Below, one piece after another: positions 1-7,901 of a DNA stretch of 64,000 nt (position 1 is its first letter; the number at the start of each line of letters is the position of its first letter). The notes below the pieces were generated by a model that was given only the letters and a program-made list of their open reading frames with translations, was not told the origin of the DNA and ran no database searches. This DNA comes from Vulcanimicrobiota bacterium (lineage in GTDB: Bacteria > Vulcanimicrobiota > Vulcanimicrobiia > Eremiobacterales > Eremiobacteraceae). The stretch covers positions 1,184,001-1,248,000 of the forward strand of contig CAWETU010000001.1 of the NCBI GenBank assembly GCA_963812135.1. Direction: 5' to 3'. The position numbers and the translations under genes were made by a program.

Positions 1-138
1 TCGACCGTTGAGGCCGCGCTGTTAAGCCGCGGAGCTGTTACTTTGGGCGAGGCGGTCGTGATCGTCGGCGGCACGCCGATGGGCGTGCGAGGGAAGACGA
101 ATTTCCTCAAGATCGTAAGGCCGGGGACCACCGCCTAA
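1..138 (+). CDS. pyk: Pyruvate kinase, C-terminal end (truncated by window)
   Basis: Frame 1 reads ...GEAVVIVGGTPMGVRGKTNFLKIVRPGTTA*, the typical PK C-terminal G-x-P-x-G-x-x-G-x-TN motif. Confidence 0.8.
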   Translation, partial: STVEAALLSRGAVTLGEAVVIVGGTPMGVRGKTNFLKIVRPGTTA

Positions 139-141
139 GCG

Positions 142-921
142 ATGCGCCCGCAGCTTCTTGAATTCTACGATTCCGAACTACGCGTCAACCCACCAGCGCA
201 GGTGGGGGTACGTTTTGAGCACGCGGAGGGTGTGCTTCGAGCTCGGGGCTCTGCCAACTGGATTTTCGCGCGTGACCTCAAAGCAGCAACGGTCGACTCC
301 GTCGTAACGCGCGAGGCGGATCTCTTCAGGCGCCTCGGCGAAGAGGTCGAGTGGAAAGTCTACGGACATGAAGCAGCCGTCGATCTTCCCGCGTGTCTGG
401 CCGCCAACGGCTTTGAGTCAGATGAAACAGAAACGCTTATGTTCCTCGATCTCGCTGCCTGGCATTCGTCACTTGGCGCACAGGAAGGCATACGGTTCGA
501 GCGCGTCGCTGACCAACAAGGTTTGCACGACCTCATGACAGTAGCGTCCGAAGCCTTTGGGGAGAACCGTGCCGATCTGCAACGTGCGCTGTTTGAAGAG
601 CTGAAAGTCACGTGTTTTGCGGCAGACCCGATCACCTTTGCGCATGTTGCGTACGCCGGCGAAATGCCAGTAGCCGCTGGAAGGATGGAAAGTGCGCCAG
701 GCTATGCGTTTGCCAGCATCTGGGGCGGCTGTACGATCCCTGCATTTCGGCATCGCGGAATCTTTCGAGGTCTTGTCGCCATTCGCGTCGATGAGGCACG
801 CCGCCGCGGCCACACCTACATGGCGGTGGACGCGGCTGATACGAGTAGGCCGATCCTCGAACGACTTGGCTTCCTACCAATCACGACTGTGACTGGTTGG
901 AGATTTCTCGTTCGACATTGA
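142..921 (+). CDS. GNAT family N-acetyltransferase
   Basis: Acetyl-CoA motif A TIPAFRHRGIFRGL; SRPILERLGF C-terminal motif. Confidence 0.85.
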   Translation: MRPQLLEFYDSELRVNPPAQVGVRFEHAEGVLRARGSANWIFARDLKAATVDSVVTREADLFRRLGEEVEWKVYGHEAAVDLPACLAANGFESDETETLMFLDLAAWHSSLGAQEGIRFERVADQQGLHDLMTVASEAFGENRADLQRALFEELKVTCFAADPITFAHVAYAGEMPVAAGRMESAPGYAFASIWGGCTIPAFRHRGIFRGLVAIRVDEARRRGHTYMAVDAADTSRPILERLGFLPITTVTGWRFLVRH

Positions 922-931
922 GGTTGGGCGA

Positions 932-1087
932 TCAGCCGTGCCAGCCGCTGCGGATGAGCAGCACGGCGTAGATCGCGAACGAGAAGACGACGATCAGCAC
1001 GACGATCGCGCAACCCGCGAGCCACATGCGCAGGTCGCGCGCGGCTTCGCGCTTCTCGCCGCGGTCGTATTCGCCATCACCAGGCAA
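932..1087 (-). CDS. Small single-pass membrane protein (51 aa), not in ORF track
   Basis: TTG start overlapping the tsaD stop; MPGDGEYDRGEKREAARDLRMWLAGCAIVVLIVVFSFAIYAVLLIRSGWHG* has one clear TM helix and GC3-biased codons. Confidence 0.55.
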   Translation of the reverse strand: MPGDGEYDRGEKREAARDLRMWLAGCAIVVLIVVFSFAIYAVLLIRSGWHG

Positions 1088-2093
1088 AGTTCGGATCCGC
1101 GTGCAGTGCGCTGACCGGGACCCGTGCGGAGGCGCCGCGATAAAATGCGGCTGCAGCGATCATCGCGGCGTTGTCAGTGCAATACGCAAGCGGCGGCACG
1201 AGCACGCGCAGGCCCTGGGCTTCTCCACGGCTGCGCAGCTGCGCGCGCAACGCTGAATTGGCCGACACGCCGCCCGCAAGCGCGACGGTGTCCACGCCGA
1301 GGTCGCGCGCCGCACGCAGCGTCTTCGCGCACAGCACGTCGACGACCGCCGCCTGGAAGCTCGCGGCGACATCTGCCGCGCGCTGACGCGCGTCGTCCGG
1401 ATGCGCGTCGAGATGGTAGCGCACCGCGGTCTTGAGGCCGGAGAAGCTGAAGTCGTTCGAACCCTCGGAGAGCAGACTGCGCGGAAAGTCGAACGCCTTT
1501 GGATCGCCGCCGCGCGCAAGCTGGTCGAGCAGAGGACCGCCCGGAAAGCCGAGCCCGAGCAGACGAGCCACTTTGTCGAAGGCTTCGCCTGCAGCGTCGT
1601 CGCGCGTGCGCCCGATGATGCGGTGCTGAGACGGAGATTCGACATGGATCAGATCGGTGTGTCCACCCGAGACGATGAGGCAGACGAATGGGCCGCTCGG
1701 CGGCGACTGATCGGGCATGTCCGGATTCTCGAGATAGTTCGCGAAAAGGTGGCCGTGCAGGTGGTTGACCGCGTAGGCAGGCAGATCGCGCGCGAACGCG
1801 ATGGCCTGCGCTGCCGCAACTCCGACAACGAGCGACCCCGCCAAGCCTGGTCCGCACGTAACAGCGACGCCGTCGAGGTCGTCAAACGTACGATGGGCTT
1901 TTTCAAGCGCTTGCTCCACCACGGCGCCGATGACCTCGGCGTGACGCCGGCTGGCGATCTCCGGCACGACGCCCCCGTATTCGCGGTGGAAATCGTCTTG
2001 CGACGCGAGCACGTTGCTGTGCACGACGCGGCCGTCCTGCACGACCGCCGCCGCCGTGTCGTCGCAGGAGGTCTCGATCCCAAGAAGGAGCAT
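1077..2093 (-). CDS. tsaD: tRNA N6-adenosine threonylcarbamoyltransferase
   Basis: LGIETSCDDT, GGVVPEIASRRH, VNHLHGH, SGGHT, DDAAGEAFDK, CTDNAAMIA motifs. Confidence 0.97.
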   Translation of the reverse strand: MLLLGIETSCDDTAAAVVQDGRVVHSNVLASQDDFHREYGGVVPEIASRRHAEVIGAVVEQALEKAHRTFDDLDGVAVTCGPGLAGSLVVGVAAAQAIAFARDLPAYAVNHLHGHLFANYLENPDMPDQSPPSGPFVCLIVSGGHTDLIHVESPSQHRIIGRTRDDAAGEAFDKVARLLGLGFPGGPLLDQLARGGDPKAFDFPRSLLSEGSNDFSFSGLKTAVRYHLDAHPDDARQRAADVAASFQAAVVDVLCAKTLRAARDLGVDTVALAGGVSANSALRAQLRSRGEAQGLRVLVPPLAYCTDNAAMIAAAAFYRGASARVPVSALHADPNFAW

Positions 2094-2141
2094 GCTTGCC
2101 GATGTTCGCCGTATGCGTGACGCGCCCTCGCCGACCGATAT

Positions 2142-2147
2142 TATAAT
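2142..2147 (+). promoter_or_regulatory. Putative -10 box (TATAAT) for the DUF11 adhesin gene
   Basis: Perfect TATAAT in a GC-rich intergenic region. It lies only 3 nt before ATG 2151, which favours the GTG start at 2202 with GGAG RBS. Confidence 0.55.
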
Positions 2148-2201
2148 GGTATGCGGCGTCTAAACCTCGCGTCGTTTCTGGATGCCTTCGCGGAGCCGAA
2201 C

Positions 2202-5200
2202 GTGATCTTGCGAATCATCGTCACCGCGGTGTTCGTGGCGTTAGCGATGGCAGCATGGTCGATGGTCGCGCGCACCGCGGGTACCGTCGGCGTCAATAAG
2301 GCATTCGCTCCATCAAGCGTCAGCTTCGGAACGGACTCGACGCTCACCATCACGCTGCTCAACAGCGATCCGACCGCATCGGTCAACATCACGACGATGA
2401 CGGACAATATGCCGGCCGGGCTGTCCGTCGATCTTGGCCAGCCTGCGACGACGACGTGCGCGGGGGGGGTCGTCGGCACGACGGTATCGAGCGTGACGTT
2501 GACGGGCGGCGTGATTCCGCAGGCGCCAGATTCGTTCAACCCCGGCACATGTACGGTGACGCTCTCCGTATACGGCGCTGCCACGCAGAATTATGTCAAC
2601 ACCATTCCCGCCGGCGGCCTCGTGACGAGCGCCGGCAACAACGGCACGCCCGGCAGCGCGACGCTGCAAGTCACCGACCCCGGGAACATCGGCGTCGCGG
2701 TCAGCGTCCTCCCGACGCAGGTGCCCGAAACAGCTTCGCCCGTGTACACGGTCACGATCACCAACCCGAACAAGCTTGCGCTCACCAACGTGACGATCCC
2801 GGGCACGTTGACGAGCCCCTCAGGCGGTGCCACGCTGCACATCGTCAGCGCGGTGAGCAGCTGCGGCGGTTCGGTCGTCGTCGTGAATGGATCGCCGACG
2901 ACGTTCACGGTCACCGGCGCGACGATACCCGCGAACGGATCCTGTACGGTGACGGTCACCGTCAGCGTCAACGGCCAGTTCAGCAACAGTCAGCGCACGC
3001 AACGGTTGACGATCGCAGCGGGCGCCGTCACTTCCGCACAAGGCGTGACGAATAGCACCGGGTCGCAGGCCGATGTCACATACTTCCCGATCACGCCGAC
3101 GATCTCCAAGACCTTCACGCCGAACGTGACGGTACCAGGGGCGACGGTCTTGGTGACGCTCAATGTGGTCAGTCGCGACACCGTCGCGCTCACCAACTTC
3201 GGCTTCACCGACGTGCTGCCGGGGGGGTTGACTCTTGGAGCACCGCCCAATCTCGCCAACTCGTGCGGTGGTCCGGCGGGTTCGATCTCGGGAACGACGA
3301 CGGTCGTCGTATCTGGGTTGACGATAACGCAGGCTGCGAGCCTGGGCGCAAGTGGTCCTACGTGCCACGTCTCGTTCAACGTGCTGGTGCCGCTGGCGCC
3401 TCCCAGCCAGACGCCCACGAATTCGGTCGGCGCCAGCAGCGTGGTCAATGATCAAGGGTTGAAACCCCTGTCCGCTGCGAGTGCCGTGCTGACGGTCGGC
3501 CCGACGCCGACCCCACAACCGACGTTTAGCAAGGCGTTCTCGCCATCGACCGTTGCCCGAGGCAATAACTCAACCCTCACCATCAACGTCATCAATCCCG
3601 CCGGCGGGCTGCAACTCAACAACGTGAGCGTCACCGACACCTTGCCGGGGGCCTTGACCATCTTCTCGGCCCCGACGGCGAATGCGAATTGCGGTGCCCC
3701 GACGCTGGGCGGCGCACCGGGCGGCACGGTGATCACGATGACCGGCGGAACTATTCTCGCCGGAGCGCACACTTGCACCATCTCGGTCGTCGTCTCGACA
3801 GCCAACGTGACGCAACCATTCAACGTCACCTTGAAGAACGACATTCCGCCCGGCGGTATCACGGCAGTCAAGTCAGACCTCACGCCCGTGAGCAACGCAG
3901 CCGACGTCACCGCGAACTTGATCGTCTCGCATGGGCTCAGCCTAGTCCATTATTTCTCGCCTACCGGGTCCACGACGGTCGGCGTCGCTCCGATCAAAGA
4001 CACCATCAGCGTCGAGGACAAGATCGTTTCGACGGCGGCGTCGGACGACCACAACCTCTCCGCAGTCTTCACGCTGAATGCGTCCGGGTCGGCCGTTGTA
4101 CTCGCCGCAGTGCCGAATTTCACATACGTGTGCACGAAGGGTTCGGTCTTGACGTTCACGCCCGGCGTGGGGGGCTTGACCTATACCGCGGCCTCGGCCG
4201 ATTTCATCTTCAAAGACACGTGCACGATCACATACTCGGTAACGTCGCTCACCGCTGGCACATTCACCGCCGGCAAGATGACCGTCTCGAGCACCGAGGA
4301 TAATCTGCAGACTCTTTCAGGCTCGAACAACGTGATCTTCGTTAGCCCAGGGAACATCAACGTCAACAAGACGTTCACGCCGAACGCGATCCCCGCGGCC
4401 GGCATCTCACACATGCAGATCACGCTGTCGAACGACGCCCATGCGGCGCCCGGCGGAATCGTCTTCAACGAGACCGGCGTCGCGCTGACGGATAACATGC
4501 CGGCGGGCATGACCGTCGCCGCAGTACCAAATGCGAGCACGACCTGCGCCTCGGCTACGCTGACTGCGGTCGCCGGCGCGAGCAGCGTGTCGATCAGCGG
4601 CGCTTCCTTGCCGTCACGCACTGCAGGCGATGCGTTGCAGCCGTGCACCATCACGGTCGACGTCACAGCGACCGTGCCAGGCAATCTCACGAACACGATA
4701 CCGGCTGGATCCGTCACCTCGGGTTCGGGTGCCACCAATGCATTCGCCGTGAGCGTGTCCTTGACGTCGTCGGCGAACATCGGCCTGTCGAAGGCGTTCT
4801 TGCTCACGACGATCCCGCCGGGCGGCTCGACCTGGGTCGCGCTGACGTTCACGAACGGGTCGAACATCAGCGAGACGGTCAACAGTCTAACTGACAATCT
4901 GCCCAGCGGTATCGTCGTCAAAGATATCGTGTCACAGCCGCCGCCCCAGGGCGGGGCGCCGCCGAACTGCGGCGCAACCGTCACCGGCGTGGCCGGCGGC
5001 AGTTCGTTCACGGCGAGCAATTTCACCCTTGCACCGGCAGCCAAATGCGTCACGTACGTCGCCATAACGACGTCGACACCAGTCCAATTCGGTGTCTTTA
5101 ACAACACGATTCCCGCTGGCGCGATCGTCTCGGGCAGCGGCTTATCGAACCTGCAGCCGGCCACCGCGACCATCACGGTGGCGGCGGTGTCGCTGTCACT

Positions 5201-5510
5201 GGGCAAGCTCGTGCGCAACGTGACGACCGGCGGCACCAACGGCACCACCGCCAACGCGTCGCCGGGCGATACGCTGCTCTACACGCTGACCTACACGAAT
5301 ACGAGTCCGTTCGCCGAAGCGAACCTTGCCATCAAGGACACATTGCCGCCCAACACGACATTCGTCAGCGCCACCTGCGGCACGCTCGGCGGCGGCTTGA
5401 CGGCATGTACGCCTTCGGGTCCGACCCTGGGCGTGGTGACCTGGACGCTGACCGGAACGCTCAACGCCGGTGGCACGGGGACGGTCTTCTTGACGGTGAC
5501 GGTGCAGTAG
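2202..5510 (+). CDS. Secreted multi-repeat DUF11-like Ig-domain surface protein (about 8 modules); putative fibre tip adhesin
   Basis: Signal peptide; repeated K(A/T)FxP...TDxLPxG...C...C...N(T/D)IP modules; terminal LGKLV...KDTLPP...VFLTVTVQ* domain. ORF track start is 2151; GTG 2202 preferred (RBS GGAG). Confidence 0.8.
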   Translation: MILRIIVTAVFVALAMAAWSMVARTAGTVGVNKAFAPSSVSFGTDSTLTITLLNSDPTASVNITTMTDNMPAGLSVDLGQPATTTCAGGVVGTTVSSVTLTGGVIPQAPDSFNPGTCTVTLSVYGAATQNYVNTIPAGGLVTSAGNNGTPGSATLQVTDPGNIGVAVSVLPTQVPETASPVYTVTITNPNKLALTNVTIPGTLTSPSGGATLHIVSAVSSCGGSVVVVNGSPTTFTVTGATIPANGSCTVTVTVSVNGQFSNSQRTQRLTIAAGAVTSAQGVTNSTGSQADVTYFPITPTISKTFTPNVTVPGATVLVTLNVVSRDTVALTNFGFTDVLPGGLTLGAPPNLANSCGGPAGSISGTTTVVVSGLTITQAASLGASGPTCHVSFNVLVPLAPPSQTPTNSVGASSVVNDQGLKPLSAASAVLTVGPTPTPQPTFSKAFSPSTVARGNNSTLTINVINPAGGLQLNNVSVTDTLPGALTIFSAPTANANCGAPTLGGAPGGTVITMTGGTILAGAHTCTISVVVSTANVTQPFNVTLKNDIPPGGITAVKSDLTPVSNAADVTANLIVSHGLSLVHYFSPTGSTTVGVAPIKDTISVEDKIVSTAASDDHNLSAVFTLNASGSAVVLAAVPNFTYVCTKGSVLTFTPGVGGLTYTAASADFIFKDTCTITYSVTSLTAGTFTAGKMTVSSTEDNLQTLSGSNNVIFVSPGNINVNKTFTPNAIPAAGISHMQITLSNDAHAAPGGIVFNETGVALTDNMPAGMTVAAVPNASTTCASATLTAVAGASSVSISGASLPSRTAGDALQPCTITVDVTATVPGNLTNTIPAGSVTSGSGATNAFAVSVSLTSSANIGLSKAFLLTTIPPGGSTWVALTFTNGSNISETVNSLTDNLPSGIVVKDIVSQPPPQGGAPPNCGATVTGVAGGSSFTASNFTLAPAAKCVTYVAITTSTPVQFGVFNNTIPAGAIVSGSGLSNLQPATATITVAAVSLSLGKLVRNVTTGGTNGTTANASPGDTLLYTLTYTNTSPFAEANLAIKDTLPPNTTFVSATCGTLGGGLTACTPSGPTLGVVTWTLTGTLNAGGTGTVFLTVTVQ

Positions 5511-5512
5511 CG

Positions 5513-7252
5513 TCAGGCTTTTGACGCGATCTCCTCGCCGAGTTTGATCGCGAATTCATCGGGCGTCATGGTCGTCTGCTCGCCCGAGCGCGAGCGCACG
5601 TTGACCTTGTTCTCCGCCACTTCGCTCTTACCAACCACGAGCATGTAAGGCACCTTGCGCATCTGTTGATTGCGGATCTTTTTCTGCAGCCGCTCATTGG
5701 ATCGGTCGACCTCGACGCGGAAACCGGCCGATGCCAGCGACATCGCGACGCGCTCGGCATAGGGCGCCTGATCCTCGGCGATGGGCAGCACGACCGCTTG
5801 GACCGGCGCCAACCACGCGGGAAACGCGCCGGCGTAGTGCTCGATGAGCACGCCCATGAACCGCTCCAGCGAGCCGCACAAGGCACGGTGGATCATCACC
5901 GGCCGGTGTTCGGAGCCGTCCGCGCCGGCATACGTCAGCCCGAAGCGCTCGGGTAAGTTGAAATCGACCTGCACGGTCGAGAGTTGCCACTCCCGGCCGA
6001 TCGCGTCGCGCACTTTGATGTCGAGCTTGGGGCCGTAGAACGCGCCGCCGCCCTCGTCGATCTCGTATTTCAAACCGGCGTGATCGCAGGCGGCTTTGAT
6101 CGCGTTGGTGGCGCGCTCCCAGAGCGCGTCGTCGCCGAGCGCGTTCGGGGGCTTCGTCGAGACGAACATCTTGTAGTCGTCGAACTTGAACGCCTTGAGC
6201 ACGGTCAGCGCGGCGTCGACGCAATCCTCGAACTCCTGCTGCAGCTGATCCGGCGTCACGAAAAGATGGGCGTCATCCATCGTGATCATTCGCACGCGCA
6301 GCAAGCCGTGCAGCGTGCCGGAGCGCTCGTCGCGATAGACGGTTCCGAACTCAGCGAGCCGAAGCGGCAGGTCGCGATACGAACGCGGCCGCGATTTGTA
6401 GATCAAGATGTGCCCCGGGCAGTTCATCGGCTTGACGCGATAGTGTTGTTCGTCGAGCTCGAACGGGCCGAACATGCTCTCGCTGAACGTCTTGAGATGG
6501 CCGGACGTCGCGAACAACGCCTCGCGCACCGCGTGCGGAGTGTACACGGGTTCGTAGCCGCGCCGGCGCAGCTCGCCGCGGATGAACTCCTCGATGACGC
6601 CTCGGACGCGACCACCCGCGGGATGCCAGAAGATGAGGCCGGGTCCCGCATCCTCCTCGATTGAGAAAAGATCAAGCTCTTTGCCGAGCCTGCGGTGATC
6701 GCGGCGTTCAGCTTCTTCGAGCTGCTTCAGATACTCGTCGAGCTCGTGCTGCGTCGGAAAGGCGGTGCCGTAGATGCGCTGCAACATCGGATTCTTCTCA
6801 TCGCCGCGCCAATACGCGCCGGCGACGGACAGCAGCTTCACGGCGCCGACTTCCGAGCTGCGCTCGACGTGGCCGCCGCGGCAGAGGTCGGTGAACTCGC
6901 CGATCGTGTACATCGACAGCGGCTCACCATCGGGAATGCCGGCGATGATGTCGAGCTTGAACGGCTGATCGAGCTTGGTGTAGTAGGCTAGCGCTTCGGC
7001 GCGCGTGACCGGCCTGCCGGTCATCTTGACGTCTTGCTTGATCAGCTCGCGCATGCGCGCTTCGATGCGCGGCAGATCTTCCGCCACGAACGGCGTGCTC
7101 TTGAGGAAGTCGTAGTAAAATCCGTCCTCGATCGCCGGCCCGATCGCGAGTTTGACATCATCGCCGAATAGATCGACGACCGCGTGCGCGAGCAGATGCG
7201 CCGCGGTATGCCGGGAGTGACCTAGGTCACGTTTTGTGTCTCCAGCGTCCAT
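5513..7252 (-). CDS. thrS: Threonine--tRNA ligase (lacks N-terminal TGS domain)
   Basis: RHTAAHLLAHAV, DLCRGGH, GAYWRGD, RDHRRLG, KPMNCPGH, GAFYGPKLD, HRALCGSLERF. Confidence 0.98.
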   Translation of the reverse strand: MDAGDTKRDLGHSRHTAAHLLAHAVVDLFGDDVKLAIGPAIEDGFYYDFLKSTPFVAEDLPRIEARMRELIKQDVKMTGRPVTRAEALAYYTKLDQPFKLDIIAGIPDGEPLSMYTIGEFTDLCRGGHVERSSEVGAVKLLSVAGAYWRGDEKNPMLQRIYGTAFPTQHELDEYLKQLEEAERRDHRRLGKELDLFSIEEDAGPGLIFWHPAGGRVRGVIEEFIRGELRRRGYEPVYTPHAVREALFATSGHLKTFSESMFGPFELDEQHYRVKPMNCPGHILIYKSRPRSYRDLPLRLAEFGTVYRDERSGTLHGLLRVRMITMDDAHLFVTPDQLQQEFEDCVDAALTVLKAFKFDDYKMFVSTKPPNALGDDALWERATNAIKAACDHAGLKYEIDEGGGAFYGPKLDIKVRDAIGREWQLSTVQVDFNLPERFGLTYAGADGSEHRPVMIHRALCGSLERFMGVLIEHYAGAFPAWLAPVQAVVLPIAEDQAPYAERVAMSLASAGFRVEVDRSNERLQKKIRNQQMRKVPYMLVVGKSEVAENKVNVRSRSGEQTTMTPDEFAIKLGEEIASKA

Positions 7253-7412
7253 TGCGGGACGTTTCTCAGAAACCCGCGTGAGGACCTAGCGTGCTGTATG
7301 TCGTTTTGACGATAGTAATATCAAGCAGCCCCAGTTACAAATTGTTTGTACCAGGGGTCACAATGTGTGGGAGCCGCCGTTTGGCGGCAAGTCTTGGGGG
7401 ACGAGGAACGTC

Positions 7413-7901
7413 ATGCGTTTAGTAGCCCGGGGTATTCTTGTGTGCCTGAGCGTGATCGCGCTCACCGCATCGGTCGCGCTCGCGCGACCCGATGTCGTTT
7501 TGCATTTGAGCGGCGCAACCGTGCAACGCACGGCCAGCGGCGAGAAGCTCGTACCGCTTGACCCCGCTGTCAAGCTCAAAGCCGGCGAGGTCGTCCGCTG
7601 GACGATCGTCGGCACGAACAAAGGTTCCGATCCAGCGCTGCACTTCACGCCGGTTGATAAGATCGCCGCGGGCACCGCGTACATCGCGGGATCCGCAACC
7701 ATCGTGGGAGGGCGGCCAGAGTTTTCGCTGGACGAAGGCAAGACGTGGTCGCCAAAACCCATGGTGGTCGTCCAGTCCCCGACGGGTCCCGTCAACAAGC
7801 CAGCGGACCCGTCTTCATTCACGAACATCCGATGGATCGCTGACAAATCGCTCGCGCCCAAAGCAAGCGCGCGGTTTTCTTTTGAGGTCCGGGTGAAATG
7901 A
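7413..7901 (+). CDS. Secreted single DUF11-like domain protein (putative chaperone/cap)
   Basis: RBS GAGGA then ATG 7413; signal peptide; AGEVVRWTIVGTNKG...VDKIAAGTAYIAGSA...IRW...FSFEVRVK*. Confidence 0.8.
   Translation: MRLVARGILVCLSVIALTASVALARPDVVLHLSGATVQRTASGEKLVPLDPAVKLKAGEVVRWTIVGTNKGSDPALHFTPVDKIAAGTAYIAGSATIVGGRPEFSLDEGKTWSPKPMVVVQSPTGPVNKPADPSSFTNIRWIADKSLAPKASARFSFEVRVK

Noticed and set aside
2151..2201. ATG 2151 start or a c-di-GMP riboswitch ahead of the adhesin
   Set aside because: The ATG is only 3 nt from TATAAT, GTG 2202 has an RBS and a cleaner signal peptide, and the leader is too short and lacks recognisable riboswitch motifs.
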